Assembly (NCBI GenBank): GCA_950097015.1
Contig: CATNEN010000039.1
Span: forward strand, 558,001-622,000
Direction of reading: 5' to 3'
Length of the DNA: 64,000 nucleotides
Source: Macrostomum hystrix
Taxonomy: Eukaryota > Animalia > Platyhelminthes
The notes beneath the pieces were generated by a model. It was not told where the DNA came from and searched no databases. It worked only from the letters and a program-made list of their open reading frames with translations. The first letter of the stretch is position 1. Each line of letters begins with the position of its first letter. Position numbers and translations under genes: made by a program. Shown here one piece after another: positions 43,958 through 59,658 of this stretch.

Positions 43958-46900
43958 ATTCTATCCTAGGAACCATGGAACCTAGGAACCTAGAATACAT
44001 TCTATCCTAGGAACCATGCAACCTAGGAACCTAGGATACATTCTATCCTAGGAACCATGCAGCCTAGGAACCTAGAATACATTCTATCCTAGGAACCATG
44101 CAACCTAGGAACCTAGGATACATTCTATCCTAGGAACCATGCAACCTAGGAACCTAGGATACATTCTATCCTAGGAACCATGCAACCTAGGAACCTAGGA
44201 TACATTCTATCCTAGGAACCATGGAACCTAGGAACCTAGGATACATTCTATCCTAGGAACCATGGAACCTATACAAACCTAGAATACATTCTATCCTAGG
44301 AACCATGCAACCTAGGAACCTAGGATACATTCTATCCTAGGAACCATGGAACCTACGAACCTAGAATACATTCTATCCTAGGAACCATGGAACCTACAAA
44401 CCTAGAATACATTCTATCCTAGGAACCATGCAACCTAGGAACATAGGATACATTCTATCCTAGGAACCATGCAACCTAGGAACCTAGGATACATTCTATC
44501 CTAGGAACCATGGAACCTATACAAACCTAGGATACATTCTATCCTAGGAACCATGCAACCTAGGAACCTAGGATACATTCTATCCTAGGAACCATGGAAC
44601 CTAGGAACCTAGGATACATTCTGTCCTAGGAACCATGCAACCTAGGAACCTAGGATACATTCTATCCTAGGAACCATGCAGCCTAGGAACCTAGAATACA
44701 TTCTATCCTAGGAACCATGCAACCTAGGAACCTAGGATACATTCTATCCTAGGAACCATGGAACCTACAAACCTAGAATACATTCTATCCTAGGAACCAT
44801 GCAACCTAGGAACCTAGGATACATTCTATCCTAGGAACCATGGAACCTACAAACCTAGAATACATTCTATCCTAGGAACCATGCAACCTAGGAACATAGG
44901 ATACATTCTATCCTAGGAACCATGCAACCTAGGAACCTAGGATACATTCTTTCCTAGGAACCATGGAACCTATACAAACCTAGGATACATTCTATCCTAG
45001 GAACCATGCAACCTAGGAACCTAGGATACATTCTATCCTAGGAACCATGGAACCTAGGAACCTAGGATACATTCTGTCCTAGGAACCATGCAACCTAGGA
45101 ACCTAGGATACATTCTATCCTAGGAACCATGCAGCCTAGGAACCTAGAATACATTCTATCCTAGGAACCATGCAACCTAGGAACCTAGGATACATTCTAT
45201 CCTAGGAACCATGGAACCTACAAACCTAGAATACATTCTATCCTAGGAACCATGCAACCTAGGAACCTAGGATACATTCTATCCTAGGAACCATGCAGCC
45301 TAGGAACCTAGAATACATTCTATCCTAGGAACCATGCAACCTAGGAACCTAGGATACATTCTATCCTAGGAACCATGCAACCTAGGAACCTAGGATACAT
45401 TCTATCCTAGGAACCATGCAACCTAGGAACCTAGGATACATTCTATCCTAGGAACCATGGAACCTATACAAACCTAGAATACATTCTATCCTAGGAACCA
45501 TGCAACCTAGGAACATAGGATACATTCTATCCTAGGAACCATGGAACCTACGAACCTAGAATACATTCTATCCTAGGAACCATGGAACCTACAAACCTAG
45601 AATACATTCTATCCTAGGAACCATGCAACCTAGGAACATAGGATACATTCTATCCTAGGAACCATGCAACCTAGGAACCTAGGATACATTCTATCCTAGG
45701 AACCATGGAACCTATACAAACCTAGGATACATTCTATCCTAGGAACCATGCAACCTAGGAACCTAGGATACATTCTATCCTAGGAACCATGGAACCTAGG
45801 AACCTAGGATACATTCTATCCTAGGAACCATGCAACCTAGGAACCTAGGATACATTCTATCCTAGGAACCATGCAGCCTAGGAACCTAGAATACATTCTA
45901 TCCTAGGAACCATGCAACCTAGGAACCTAGGATACATTCTATCCTAGGAACCATGCAACCTAGGAACCTAGGATACATTCTATCCTAGGAACCATGCAAC
46001 CTAGGAACCTAGGATACATTCTATCCTAGGAACCATGCAACCTAGGAACCTAGGATACATTCTATCCTAGGAACCATGGAACCTAGGAACCTAGGATACA
46101 TTCTATCCTAGGAACCATGGAACCTATACAAACCTAGAATACATTCTATCCTAGGAACCATGCAACCTAGGAACCTAGGATACATTCTATCCTAGGAACC
46201 ATGGAACCTACGAACCTAGAATACATTCTATCCTAGGAACCATGGAACCTACAAACCTAGAATACATTCTATCCTAGGAACCATGCAACCTAGGAACATA
46301 GGATACATTCTATCCTAGGAACCATGCAACCTAGGAACCTAGGATACATTCTATCCTAGGAACCATGGAACCTATACAAACCTAGGATACATTCTATCCT
46401 AGGAACCATGCAACCTAGGAACCTAGGATACATTCTATCCTAGGAACCATGGAACCTAGGAACCTAGGATACATTCTGTCCTAGGAACCATGCAACCTAG
46501 GAACCTAGGATACATTCTATCCTAGGAACCATGCAACCTAGGAACCTAGGATACATTCTATCCTAGGAACCATGCAACCTAGGAACCTAGGATACATTCT
46601 ATCCTAGGAACCATGGAACCTATACAAACCTAGAATACATTCTATCCTAGGAACCATGCAACCTAGGAACATAGGATACATTCTATCCTAGGAACCATGG
46701 AACCTACGAACCTAGAATACATTCTATCCTAGGAACCATGGAACCTACAAACCTAGAATACATTCTATCCTAGGAACCATGCAACCTAGGAACATAGGAT
46801 ACATTCTATCCTAGGAACCATGCAACCTAGGAACCTAGGATACATTCTATCCTAGGAACCATGGAACCTATACAAACCTAGGATACATTCTATCCTAGGA

Positions 46901-47516
46901 ACCATGCAACCTAGGAACCTAGGATACATTCTATCCTAGGAACCATGGAACCTAGGAACCTAGGATACATTCTATCCTAGGAACCATGCAACCTAGGAAC
47001 CTAGGATACATTCTATCCTAGGAACCATGCAGCCTAGGAACCTAGAATACATTCTATCCTAGGAACCATGCAACCTAGGAACCTAGGATACATTCTATCC
47101 TAGGAACCATGCAACCTAGGAACCTAGGATACATTCTATCCTAGGAACCATGGAACCTACAAACCTAGAATACATTCTATCCTAGGAACCATGCAACCTA
47201 GGAACCTAGGATACATTCTATCCTAGGAACCATGCAACCTAGGAACCTAGGATACATTCTATCCTAGGAACCATGCAGCCTAGGAACCTAGGATACATTC
47301 TATCCTAGGAACCATGCAACCTAGGAACCTAGAATACATTCTATCCTAGGAACCATGCAACCTAGGAACCTAGGATACATTCTATCCTAGGAACCATGCA
47401 GCCTAGGAACCTAGGATACATTCTATCCTAGGAACCATGCAACCTAGGAACCTAGAATACATTCTATCCTAGGAACCATGCAACCTAGGAACCTAGAATA
47501 CATTCTATCCTAGGAA
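43958..47516. repeat. 41-bp palindrome-rich minisatellite (~86 copies)
   Basis: Unit attctatcctaggaaccatgcaacctaggaacctaggatac, with up to three CCTAGG palindromes per unit. Confidence 0.97.
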
Positions 47517-48241
47517 AGTATGGAATGAAGATGATCTTGAAGGCATCTGGTTGGTTGTAGCTCTCAAATCGCATCTTGCCACACTACAGCTATACGTATT
47601 TGCTTAGGCTTAGTCATTGGACATTTGTTTTTATTTTCAAGCCGTTCCAGATCATTTGAATCTATTTACTGATTTTAGCCTGTATTAGAATACTCACGCT
47701 ACCTGCCAATACGCTGAGTGCTTCCATGCTGGTGGCAGCTGGCAGGGGTGGCAATATTTGCCCTGTCAGCTCAAATGCGAAATTAATAGTCGTATAATAT
47801 GTGAATGCTCCAATTATAGCCAACTTTCTCTGCATGCATCTGGACTCAAACACCAACGCTTCGGCTGTCAATTTTGAATCTTTCGAAAATCTGGATCGGG
47901 TGCAGGCTCCTGAGTGGCCTCCTTAAAATAAATGACGGACACAAGTTGAAACAGGATTTGGCGAATAGCAGAATCTGATTAGGCAAAGAAATGGCAATGG
48001 TTGTTTTGGACACCAGTCTGCATGCAAATGGTGAGCAAGTGAGATAAGCGTGTATTGTTTTCTCCTGCCAATCAGGTGGAGTTTATCTAGTCATTTATGA
48101 GATTTTTGCAATCAAGGAGAATCAAATAATTTATTTATGCAAAAGAGTACACAGAATTGAAAACAGCAAAAGGGCTAGATCAGGTCACGAATATTTGTAT
48201 AATTGTTTCGGCACAAAACTGGCATTTAGAACGAAGGCCCG

Positions 48242-50704
48242 TCACATTTCGAGCAGGCTGAACCGGGCCTTGAAATTCTCGTCTCCGTTTTGGTACGGGT
48301 ACCAGAAGATGTAGTTGGTGATCCAGACGTTGTTGTAGATGTTGAAGCTGACACCATCTACCTTTGTGAGCCGGTCCAAGTATGGAAAAACACTGGCCTC
48401 CTGGAAGCGATTGAAGGGACAGGCTAGAGGAACGTCCTTTGACTGAACGAGTAACACCGTCTTGGAGGTGTCTGACTGGCAGGACAGTACGGCGTGGTCG
48501 TTGATCGCATGCTGCAGTACTGAGCCACCGTAGGTGACTCGCAGTGGGTCAACGTAGCTATCCACTTTGTTAAGCAGCCACTGGCACGATGCGTTCGGTG
48601 CGTCCATGATGTCTCTGGCCACGCGGAACTCAACGAACAGGCCCTCCTCGAGCCTTGTGGATGTCTTGTTCCACACGAGTACATGAATGTCGATTCCAGT
48701 TGTGAAGTTGTAGGTTAGGAACACCTTTTGAGGAGCGCCGTAATCACTCACAGCCAGGGAGACTTCTGGTTGAATCACAATCACGAAGCTGCTGTTGTCA
48801 GGCTTGCGGTAAAAGTCAGTCGCCTGCATCCGCCATTCCAGGCTGAGCGGATTTGCATTGGCAGTAATATTCGGCTTGCCATAGCCCGGATTTCCGTAGC
48901 TCCTCAGCAGCTTGTCATCGTCCAGCTCGTCATATGAGCGGTAGACAAACTTGGCGAGCCGATCCCTCTGAGTCGCGAAGCTCTGACCCCAGTTCATCTG
49001 TAAGTGGTCGATCGAGCCATCGGGGAAGAAACTAACTCGGTATCTGCCATACTCAAAGATGGTGTCGGGCTGCAGAGGCTGCCTGATGTATCCTGTTGTG
49101 TCAGGCAGTTCGGGTGTCAGTTGACTCATCTCCTGCGCCATGTAGCTGCTTAGAGGGTGTCCCTTTGCTGCCTGTATCGACAGAGTGTTGAACATGCGCT
49201 GCTCGAGCCAGGCGTTCTGATTTTGTACGTAGCCAGAACCGCTCCTTGCCCTGTTAAAATCCACATTTCTGTAGTTGTTCTGGTCCGGCTGTGACGGCAG
49301 CCCCCAGGTATGCTCAGGCGGCTTGATCATGAATCGAACGGCATCTTGGACCTGTCATATGTTATATTTAGTAAATGAACGTTTTGCACCATATTCTAAT
49401 TATTCGAGCCTTTAAAGTATCTCGCAATATCATCACATAGAGAACATCACTACTAGTTGAATTTCATATTTCATATTTCAGGACGTATATCGTATAGTTC
49501 TTGCGATATTTATGCCAATCGAAAATATTCATCCAGAGAAAAAGTCCGCCAGACATGTTAGAAATGTTGTTTAAATACGAAAAAGAAAATTAAAATTAAT
49601 ATCTACCTGAGAGTCATCAGGACGACAAACTCCGTCGTTGTGACAACGAGTAAACGCCCGGCTCAACGCTCGGTACTCAGCCATCTTACGAGGGTCCGAC
49701 GCGATACCCTGAATCCATGTATCGCCTATCTCAGTTTTCACAACCTGCATGAGATTCTGGTAGGGTAGAATGGCGGCCACGAAGTCTTCAAGTGTCGAAG
49801 CGATCACCTCGGCTCCGTTGAATTGGTCTCTCAGGATTGCGTAGGAGTTCAGCACCTCCGCTACGCTCTGAGGTGGTCCCTGGTTGTCGCTCCGGAACGA
49901 GAAGCACAAGATATCTGGAACACCGCTCACCATGCTGCAGTCTCTGACGCTGATGCCTCCTGGATTAGCCGGACTGTCTCCCGGATCGTTGGGATAACCG
50001 GATGGGTGCCAGATCCCGATGATCGACTCCTGACTCAGCTCATCTATCCACAAAAAGGGCTCTCTGGTTACCTCCGGTGGATAAGAGGCAGGGTTCACGC
50101 CGACTGAAACAGCGAGCACATTGTTTTTCTTTAGAACGGGGATCGCGGCGCTAGTAAGTCCAGGCACATCGCGTTGACTAAGGACTCGCAACTTCTTGTC
50201 CGGCTGGAATTTTTTATCCAGCCGCCTACTGATATTGAGCGACGCTTCTAGCAGTGCTCCGTTCATGTTCTCAATCTGCATGTTCATCGGTCCTGCATGC
50301 CACACAACATCCCCCAATATAAGCGCGTCTTTCATGGCTTCCAGGTCCGTCGAATTAGGGCACTGCAGCTGAATCCCATTGAGCGTGAGATTTTCGGGGC
50401 AGTTCAAGTACATGTCCAGCAGCCAGGGATGGGTGGTGTAACGAAACCTTTCCCTGAAGCCGCCCTGCCTGATCTGTTGAACTAGACTGATAGCCTGTGG
50501 AAAGTGAACATGAAAGTACCTGTTAAGAACGTTGTTGATGAAGCCTGTTTCGGGGATGCCATTGTATCCTACGTCCAGGTGATTCATAAACACAACATGG
50601 ACTCTTGTCGGCGCGCTTGTGCTGTCCGTAATTGTTGCTGCGAAGATCAGCAGCAGCCCCAGAAGTTGCAGGTAACTCGCAGCCGTACGCAGCTGCGAAT
50701 TCAT
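48242..50704 (-). CDS. Secreted glycoside hydrolase-like protein (DUF5054-like, GH38/57-type N-terminal barrel); exons 50704-49607 and 49351-48242
   Basis: Signal peptide, VHVVFMNHLDVGY, DVPG.T, DNQGPP, EIGDTWIQG..SDP.K, EHTWG and FN..NN.W.TNY..WY. A phase-0 GT-AG intron joins the two ORFs. Confidence 0.8.
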
Positions 50705-53300
50705 GCTTAAAATTTGCGGCAGAATTTCTACTTGACCTGGGCCTGAGTGCGCACGAGGTGTTCTTTCCTTCTGGCCCCTTGCCACAGGCTTTATCACCTT
50801 TTCAGTTCAGATTTTCTTATCAGATAGGTTCACTCTCACCAGGTGCGTGCTTGTTTATGCCACGTACTACTTTCGCAGCTAAAATGTCCAATCTATACTG
50901 CCTGCTGGGTCCGGTTCGAACCAGAAATGATCTCTGCTGCTAGTTTGCAGCCGCATATTACCGCCTTATTAGAGCCTTAGTGGGGCCAGCTAATTGAAAT
51001 GTACAGGACTTGATAAAAATCAACTCGCTAATTATTCCACCATTTTTGTGCACAGAGCGATAGTGTTAAGGTGTTTAGGCAGTTCTAGCTTTACCTATAT
51101 CACATTCGATTTGTAGTGGCGACATTGCAGTGCAGTAGCAGCTGTATACTGATGTAATGTGAAGTAGCAATACTGGGTGAGACAAAAAGTGATGATTGCT
51201 CTTGCTTGCCTAGCAGTGTTAGTCACGCCTAATTTAGCCTTAGTTATACTTGTACTTTTGTAGTGGAGGGTTGGAGCTTACTAATGAATTAGAGCATCGG
51301 GCTCGCGACTTGGTGGGATTTTTGCTGACTCCAATTGAAACAATTTATTTGTGTTCTTTTGCAATTAGAAACTACAGTCTTCAGTTGGACCAGAAATTGC
51401 TGTGCCTGTATTGCTGCACCATTTCTACACAGGTACATCTTACCCGATCGGGGCAGGTAGCCAATTACAATTATTTATTTTGTTTAAGTTTTATTTTTAG
51501 GGAAATTTATATAAGCAACTAAACTATAACTTTAGTTTATTTACTAAATTAAAAGTCCTGATAATTTTCTAGTCGAATACAGCTGCAAAAACAATGTCAA
51601 TAATTATAATTCGAAACCACCCAGGGCGAGTCGAAGGCTGCATCCGGATCCAGGAACCCGAAGGCTGCATTCGGATTCAGGAACCCATTCAGCTGCGGGC
51701 TCTAATTGTTATACAGTTTGAATGGACTTCGAAATTGTGCACTACCACGGTTTAATTTTTGTTTGTAAGCTTTTTGTGGACCGGCACATTATTTATTAGA
51801 GCAACGCTTTGTCGCTTTTAATTCATCGCAATATCACTATCAAATTATTCATCTTAGAATATAATTGATAATTTGACGTCATACTAAATTAGACGATGAA
51901 ACATGAAGCAAGGAAAATGCGTCAGATTTTTTCGCGTGCTTCAGGGTCTGCTGACTGATCCTGACGCACCGAAAAAAATGCGGCAGCATTCGCAGTCTTC
52001 ATCAAATCGTGAAAAGCATCTGTGAATATATATGTACTTGTCGTAAATATATTCACATATCTTTTAGTGCCAACAGGTCAGGATGCACAAATGGTCTGTC
52101 GTTACACTTTGTTCACACTACACATCATAGTACATTGCGCGACTTTGTGCAATTCGCAATTCTATGATCTCACCTGTAAAACCTAGTCAAAGGCTAGGAT
52201 TGCGACCTGAACAGACACAGAACGGATAAAACTTTTGCAATAAGTACAAAAATCAAAGTCGATTTGTTGACGGAGAATGGTGAGATATATGAGAGTGGAA
52301 AATTTCGTTAGCCCTGAAAATCGTAACAAACAAAAAAACAAAACTTATAATTTAACTTATCTTCTAATATTCTTCAGCATGCTTTGATAGACATATCAGT
52401 GCAATATAATAATTCCTTTTAAGTTTTGCAAAGCAGCTTTAAAAAACTGGCTTATACAAATGCCCGGCAGTTTTGAATAGTATTACTAGACAGATTCAAA
52501 GAATGCACTGTCTGTATGGTTATTTATGATTGCACATTACGTTGCGCGACTTAGTGTGTGTAAAAAAGACGTTTTACATTGCTAAATGAATGAAAATTTA
52601 ACATCTGCTGTCTCAGAAATTTAGCTAATGTCCAATATTCTGAATAATTATTTATTCTGAAGAATAAAAGTTATTTTTTTCTTTTAAGTGTAACATTTTT
52701 GACCACTAGAACTAGCTACTTTTCTAATAAGCATGTATAAATATTGTAAACAAACTTATAAGTTATATGCCATGTACTCATCTAAATATGCTTATTCATT
52801 AATCATGAATGTGCAGAGTCCTCTCTAAATATGACAATATAATATTTTGAATTGAAAGCTTTACAAAGTGAATATTGCCTTCTGTGCTAATGCCAGATTG
52901 CTATAGGAAACTTTGCACCTGGCTAGACTAGTTAGGAGTTCTGACATAACCAAAACAAGCTTGCTTAATTGTTGTTGACTATCATTGGTTTGCTCATTGT
53001 GGTTTGTTAAAATATCTAATAAATAGAGCAAGTTCGCAAGTTTAAACTTCAGTCCAAATCATTCAGAAATACAAATTCCCTTATCTCAGCATCAATTAGT
53101 AGTTTGTGAAAGACATATATGTACAAGTAAAACAGATACAAAAGATATTTAATCTGACTATTTATTGTTATCTTACTAAAAAATCTAAATAAATTTCCAT
53201 TTAGTATTCTTTTTCTATCTGTTTTTACATCAGTATGTATGAATCTATCTTATTTTTGTAGGGCAATGGTGCAGGGGCTGTGCAACAAGGTATTTTTTAT

Positions 53301-54340
53301 GGCAGTGCTTATCCCCACAGTACCGTAGAAATAATTTTTGTCTTATTCCTATGGCACCATGGGAATAATTTCCTGCTTATCTGCATGGCACACTGACGAG
53401 ATAGCTGTCCTATCTTTAACATATTCCATGGGAATAATTTCCTGCTTATCCGCACGGCACACTGATGAGATAGCTGTCCTTTCATCTATCTTTTTATCAT
53501 GACTGCAATTTTCCTTTTTTCTTCCGGTTTTTAAAAGAAATTTTTTATGCACCTATTTTAACTTGGCCTAGAATACACGTCTGTAGACATACAACGATCA
53601 AAAGTAATTTAAACTAGTAGCTGGTAGTCGTCCTTCGAAGAGTTTCAAACATAGAGTGCGTAGGATTTGTAGCTCCAGAGATGCGTAAAGTAATAGACTG
53701 GATTTTAGACTTAGAAGGCTTGAGCTATAAGATTAGAAAAATACACACTTCAGTTGTATTCTTTTAAATATATAAATAATAGAAATATATATTTTATATA
53801 CTTAAAAAAGCCACTGTATTGGTTAACTAATTGTGAAAAAAGCAGAAAACTTTAATTTGTTTACTTGCTTTTAAAAACCGGAAGAAAAAAGGAAAATTGC
53901 AGTCATGATAAAAAGATAGATGATAGGACAGCTATCTCGTCAGTGTACCGTGCGGATAAGCAGGAAATTATTCCCACGGAATATGTTGAAGATAGGACAG
54001 CTATCTCGTCAGTGCCGTGCGGATAAGCAGGAAATTATTCCCACGGTACTATAGGAACATACATGCGCAACCTCCCAAATCTTAGCCAGCTGTGCAACTT
54101 AGTTTTTGCTCTCATTTGCTCTCTTTTTCTCTCCCCTTTTTCCCTTTCTTCACGCCTTCCTTTTTTGTCCCTTGGTCCCCCCTTTGATTTTTTTGCGCTT
54201 GGTCTATTGGTTTTTGCGACTTACCTTGCTTGGCCCTTGTTTCACCCTGCCGGTTCGGCCGGGTCGGCCGGGTGTTGCGCATGTATGCGTAGGAATAAGA
54301 CAAAAAATATTTCTAAGTTACCATGGGGATAAGCACTGCC
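53301..54340. mobile_element. Non-autonomous Mutator/MuDR-like DNA transposon (foldback MITE)
   Basis: TIR ggcagtgcttatcccca ... tggggataagcactgcc with a perfect 9-bp TSD attttttat (53292-53300 and 54341-54349). Inverted arms of about 240 bp contain internal ~69-bp direct repeats. Confidence 0.85.
54058..54287. mobile_element. Small hAT-like MITE nested in the right arm of the Mutator-like element
   Basis: TIR catacatgcgcaac ... gttgcgcatgtatg. The flanking 8-mers tataggaa and cgtaggaa are each one change from cataggaa, the site predicted by the intact left arm. Confidence 0.7.
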
Positions 54341-56972
54341 ATTTTTTATTGTGGTCTATCCTGTGTGCCTATAATTTTTAATTTCAGTTTTTCTAGGGTT
54401 CACTGTGATATTTTGACTTAGGTCTTTCTTTGCATTGAGATTCCTAAATGAGGTCAGGTGTCCTACTCTTTGCAAAATATTGTATTGCTGTAACTCAAAA
54501 ATAATGAAGACAATACAATTCAAAAGTCAAAGCTAAACAGCTGATATTTAAGTGTTAATTCATTCATAAGAGAAAGCTATGAATGATTAATTCCCCTGGC
54601 AGTGCTCTTTCTGTCCCCTGCCAAGTACTGTACTTAATTTAATTTAATATTCACAATTTGCACTGGTAGTTTACTTCACAAAATCTTGATAATCTCAACA
54701 CAAGAACAACACAAACTCTACTTGATAATGCTTTAGATAATAACAAGAACTCACAAAAATAACATGACAATTAACACAAATAACTAGACAAAACAGATGG
54801 TCCCTATAACAAAACAAGACAAATAATACAAAACCTAACCCAAAGGGGCTAGTCTAAAACCAAGGTGACCAGCAAGCACTTCGGCACTATGGCACAACAA
54901 TAGTTCTATTGTGCCACACCTAATATCAATTTGACGGCCTCCCACTGATGATTGTCGGCAATATGGAGAGTACTCCCGTGCTTGCCAATCCCTATCTAAC
55001 ACTCCATCAGCAGTTGGCCAGACATGCCAAGCTCAGTGCAAGCTACTTACTAATGTGGGGTTGAGTGTCGGTTTTCTTTGACTAGCTGGTTGGACCAGTT
55101 TACCTGTCCCTGTATCTATTACTAGGATGCAAAACAATGTGGAAAAGAATGATTGCCAAGAAATGACATGAAACAACGTGATACGAAAAGACACAAAAGG
55201 ACACATAGGAACAAAATGACAATGCAATAGTCAGTTATATAGTTAAAACCCCGCCCCAGCCCCCATCAAAGCCTGGGTGCCGGCTGCACTGCTTGTTCTA
55301 CTGCCAGGTCGACCTTGCTAGTTAACAAACTGGCTACTGATTGGCCGGGCCCAAGGTGTCAGGCTTAAGTCACATCAGATTGGCCATCAGACGGGGGTTA
55401 TTCGAATGCCTTGGCTGTAGAGCAGGGTGACTGGCCAGTCGCATGTGTAGGCCTAGCTAGGGCGCGCATGTACAAACAACTAACCTATAACATACATTAT
55501 AATAATTCATTAATATTGACATTTGCGAATAAGTTACTTCAAGTAGAAATATTTAGATAATAAAATAAACATGCCGACACACTACATCACAGTGACTAAA
55601 TTATTTAAAGCAGAAATGCATATTTTTAGCATTTAAGCTCATTGTATACTGTAAAAATAGATACAAAACAAGCTATAGATAAAGTTTGCTTGTCAATAGA
55701 TTAAAAACTCATTATACCTATTTTAGTGTTACATTTTTTTACTAAGAAATGTAAGAGGGCTTATCACTTTCTCTCTCTCTCTCTGTGGTAGCCTATGTTA
55801 CATGTTTCCAAACTTATTGCTCTACTGTAACTTCATTTGCTCTTTGACACACTGGCACATTGTCTTGTCTTGGACATTGTCTTGGACTGAAATTGCAAAC
55901 ACATAAAAATAAGTAAATTTTTACATAATATTCATCATATTTTTCATATAAATATTATTTCACAAGTTCAAACATTAAAACTAATACCTTGATACCAATT
56001 TTTAAAAGGCACAGGCACACAAATATTTGTAATATAAACTAGCCATTTAGCCAACCTCTGGGTGGCCTTATCCCCTTAGCAATCAAGCAAACCTTATTAA
56101 AATATGTATATGTACTCATACTAATGTGGGCAACTTTTGCATCATTTGGTGAAGGCAATGTTAAAAATCAGTTGTGAGCAATTCAGGAGATAATTAATTG
56201 CAAATGAACAAACAACAAAGCAAGATTAGCATTTTTGTGTGTTCGAATTTTTAGTATATTTGATGTTGTTAATATATATATATTGGAATAATATTGTTAG
56301 AATTAAAAAAATGTTTATATAACTTATAAATTCATAGAGTAGAACATATTAATACATATATTAATGCATGTTATATGTATTAATATTGGAGGACTTATCA
56401 TAGAGGACACTGGCTCCCATGTTATGTATGAATCTAAGTAAATTACTTTATCTGGTTGGAAAGTTTTAGTATTCAGTATACTACTTTGAGAGAATGAAGT
56501 TTGAACTTTAAGAAACATTTTAATAGTATGTATGTAAACCATGATTTATGAATTTATGAGTAAAAATTAATTTTTGAAATAAAATAAAATTTTGTCTCAA
56601 CTGGCTCACAGTCTGACATCCACTTTACTTAAAAAGTGTATTCCTAATTATTGGTTGTACATATATTATGCGACAAATTTAAATAATGGCATTTAAACAG
56701 GCATTATCTTATGATTTTTTGACAAATAAAATGTGACTCATTGACCTTAGTATATCCACGAAATAAAATTTGATATTAATATTAGTAGGGTACATACACG
56801 AATCTATAGTTTCGTTTGGCGGCCATAGTCCTATACTAGAGATAGAATTTGCTGCTGAAGTCATAAACCATATTTGCATTCCCAAATGCAAATGTAAGGT
56901 GTAAGGTGCAGCTCCAACTTACTAGTAGTTCTTGCAAGCAGCCCCGAATCAAAACCCTCAGCTCTGACTACC

Positions 56973-58503
<1,531 letters not shown>

Positions 58504-59110
58504 CCCGGTTTCTTGTGACCTCGGCTCACATAGCGACTCAATGGGATTTCAGACTCAAAAGTGTTTCATTTGTAACCTGTTGTTAGTCTGTCCTACTGCT
58601 CCCGGAATCATTTCGCGCAGCTGCCAGTCCCTTAAATCTTATGCGAGTGTTGGGCTCTCTAAGTGCAGAAAACTGATCCCATGTGTCTAAGGCTCACGAG
58701 TTGTAATAACCTGAGCCGCTTATTTTGTCCAGACTCCACCATCTGCCTCGCTCCCTGCTCTAGTTATCGACCCGGCGCGCTGAAACCGACTGCTGCGAAT
58801 TCAATAATAAGCATAACTATATGCCCGTGTATACCCTATAATCATACGTAACTTTGCGAAGCTTAACTAATTACTTGTTTGAATATTCAGTGCCTGCGGT
58901 AAGTGCAGGCTTGGCTATACTGCCTCCACTCGGTCCAGCGCCTCAGTGAATATTCTGTCCCTACCTAAATAAACTAACGGATTTTCAACTTGCTTGCTCA
59001 TTTCGCAACGCCTTTGTCTCTGCTTTACTCTAATGGTCTGCCTTCCATCCTAGAATTTAGGGACACCGCCAGCTTTTATAAATAGATTCTGCTTGCAGCC
59101 CCAAACACTT

Positions 59111-59655
59111 CCGCCTGCCCTCACCCCATACTGCAGCCGCCTGCCTTCACCCCATACTGCAGCCACCTGCCCTCACCCCATACTGCAGCCACCTGCCTTC
59201 ACCCCATACTGCAGCCACCTGCCTTCACCCCATACTGCAGCCACCTGCCTTCACCCCATACTGCAGCCGCCTGCCTTCACCCCATACTGCAGCCGCCTGC
59301 CTTCACCCCATACTGCAGCCACCTGCCTTCACCCCATACTGCAGCCACCTGCCTTCACCCCATACTGCAGCCGCCTGCCTTCACCCCATACTGCAGCCGC
59401 CTGCCTTCACCCCATACTGCAGCCGGCTGCCTTCACCCCATACTGCAGCCGCCTGCCTTCACCCCATACTGCAGCCACCTGCCTTCACCCCATACTGCAG
59501 CCGCCTGCCTTCACCCCATACTGCAGCCACCTGCCCTCACCCCATACTGCAGCCGCCTGCCCTCACCCCATACTGCAGCCACCTGCCTTCACCCCATACT
59601 GCAGCCGCCTGCCTTCACCCCATACTGCAGCCGCCTGCCTTCACCCCGACTGCAG
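59111..59655. repeat. 26-bp minisatellite (~21 copies) directly upstream of the next gene
   Basis: Unit ctgcagccacctgccttcaccccata, ending at ccccgactgcag|aagATG. Confidence 0.95.
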
Positions 59656-59658
59656 AAG

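Noticed and set aside
54612-55521. Possible solo LTR (TGT...ACA, compositionally distinct segment)
   Set aside because: The flanks (ctttc and tttgc) are not a convincing TSD, and there is no second copy, PBS or internal domain in the window.
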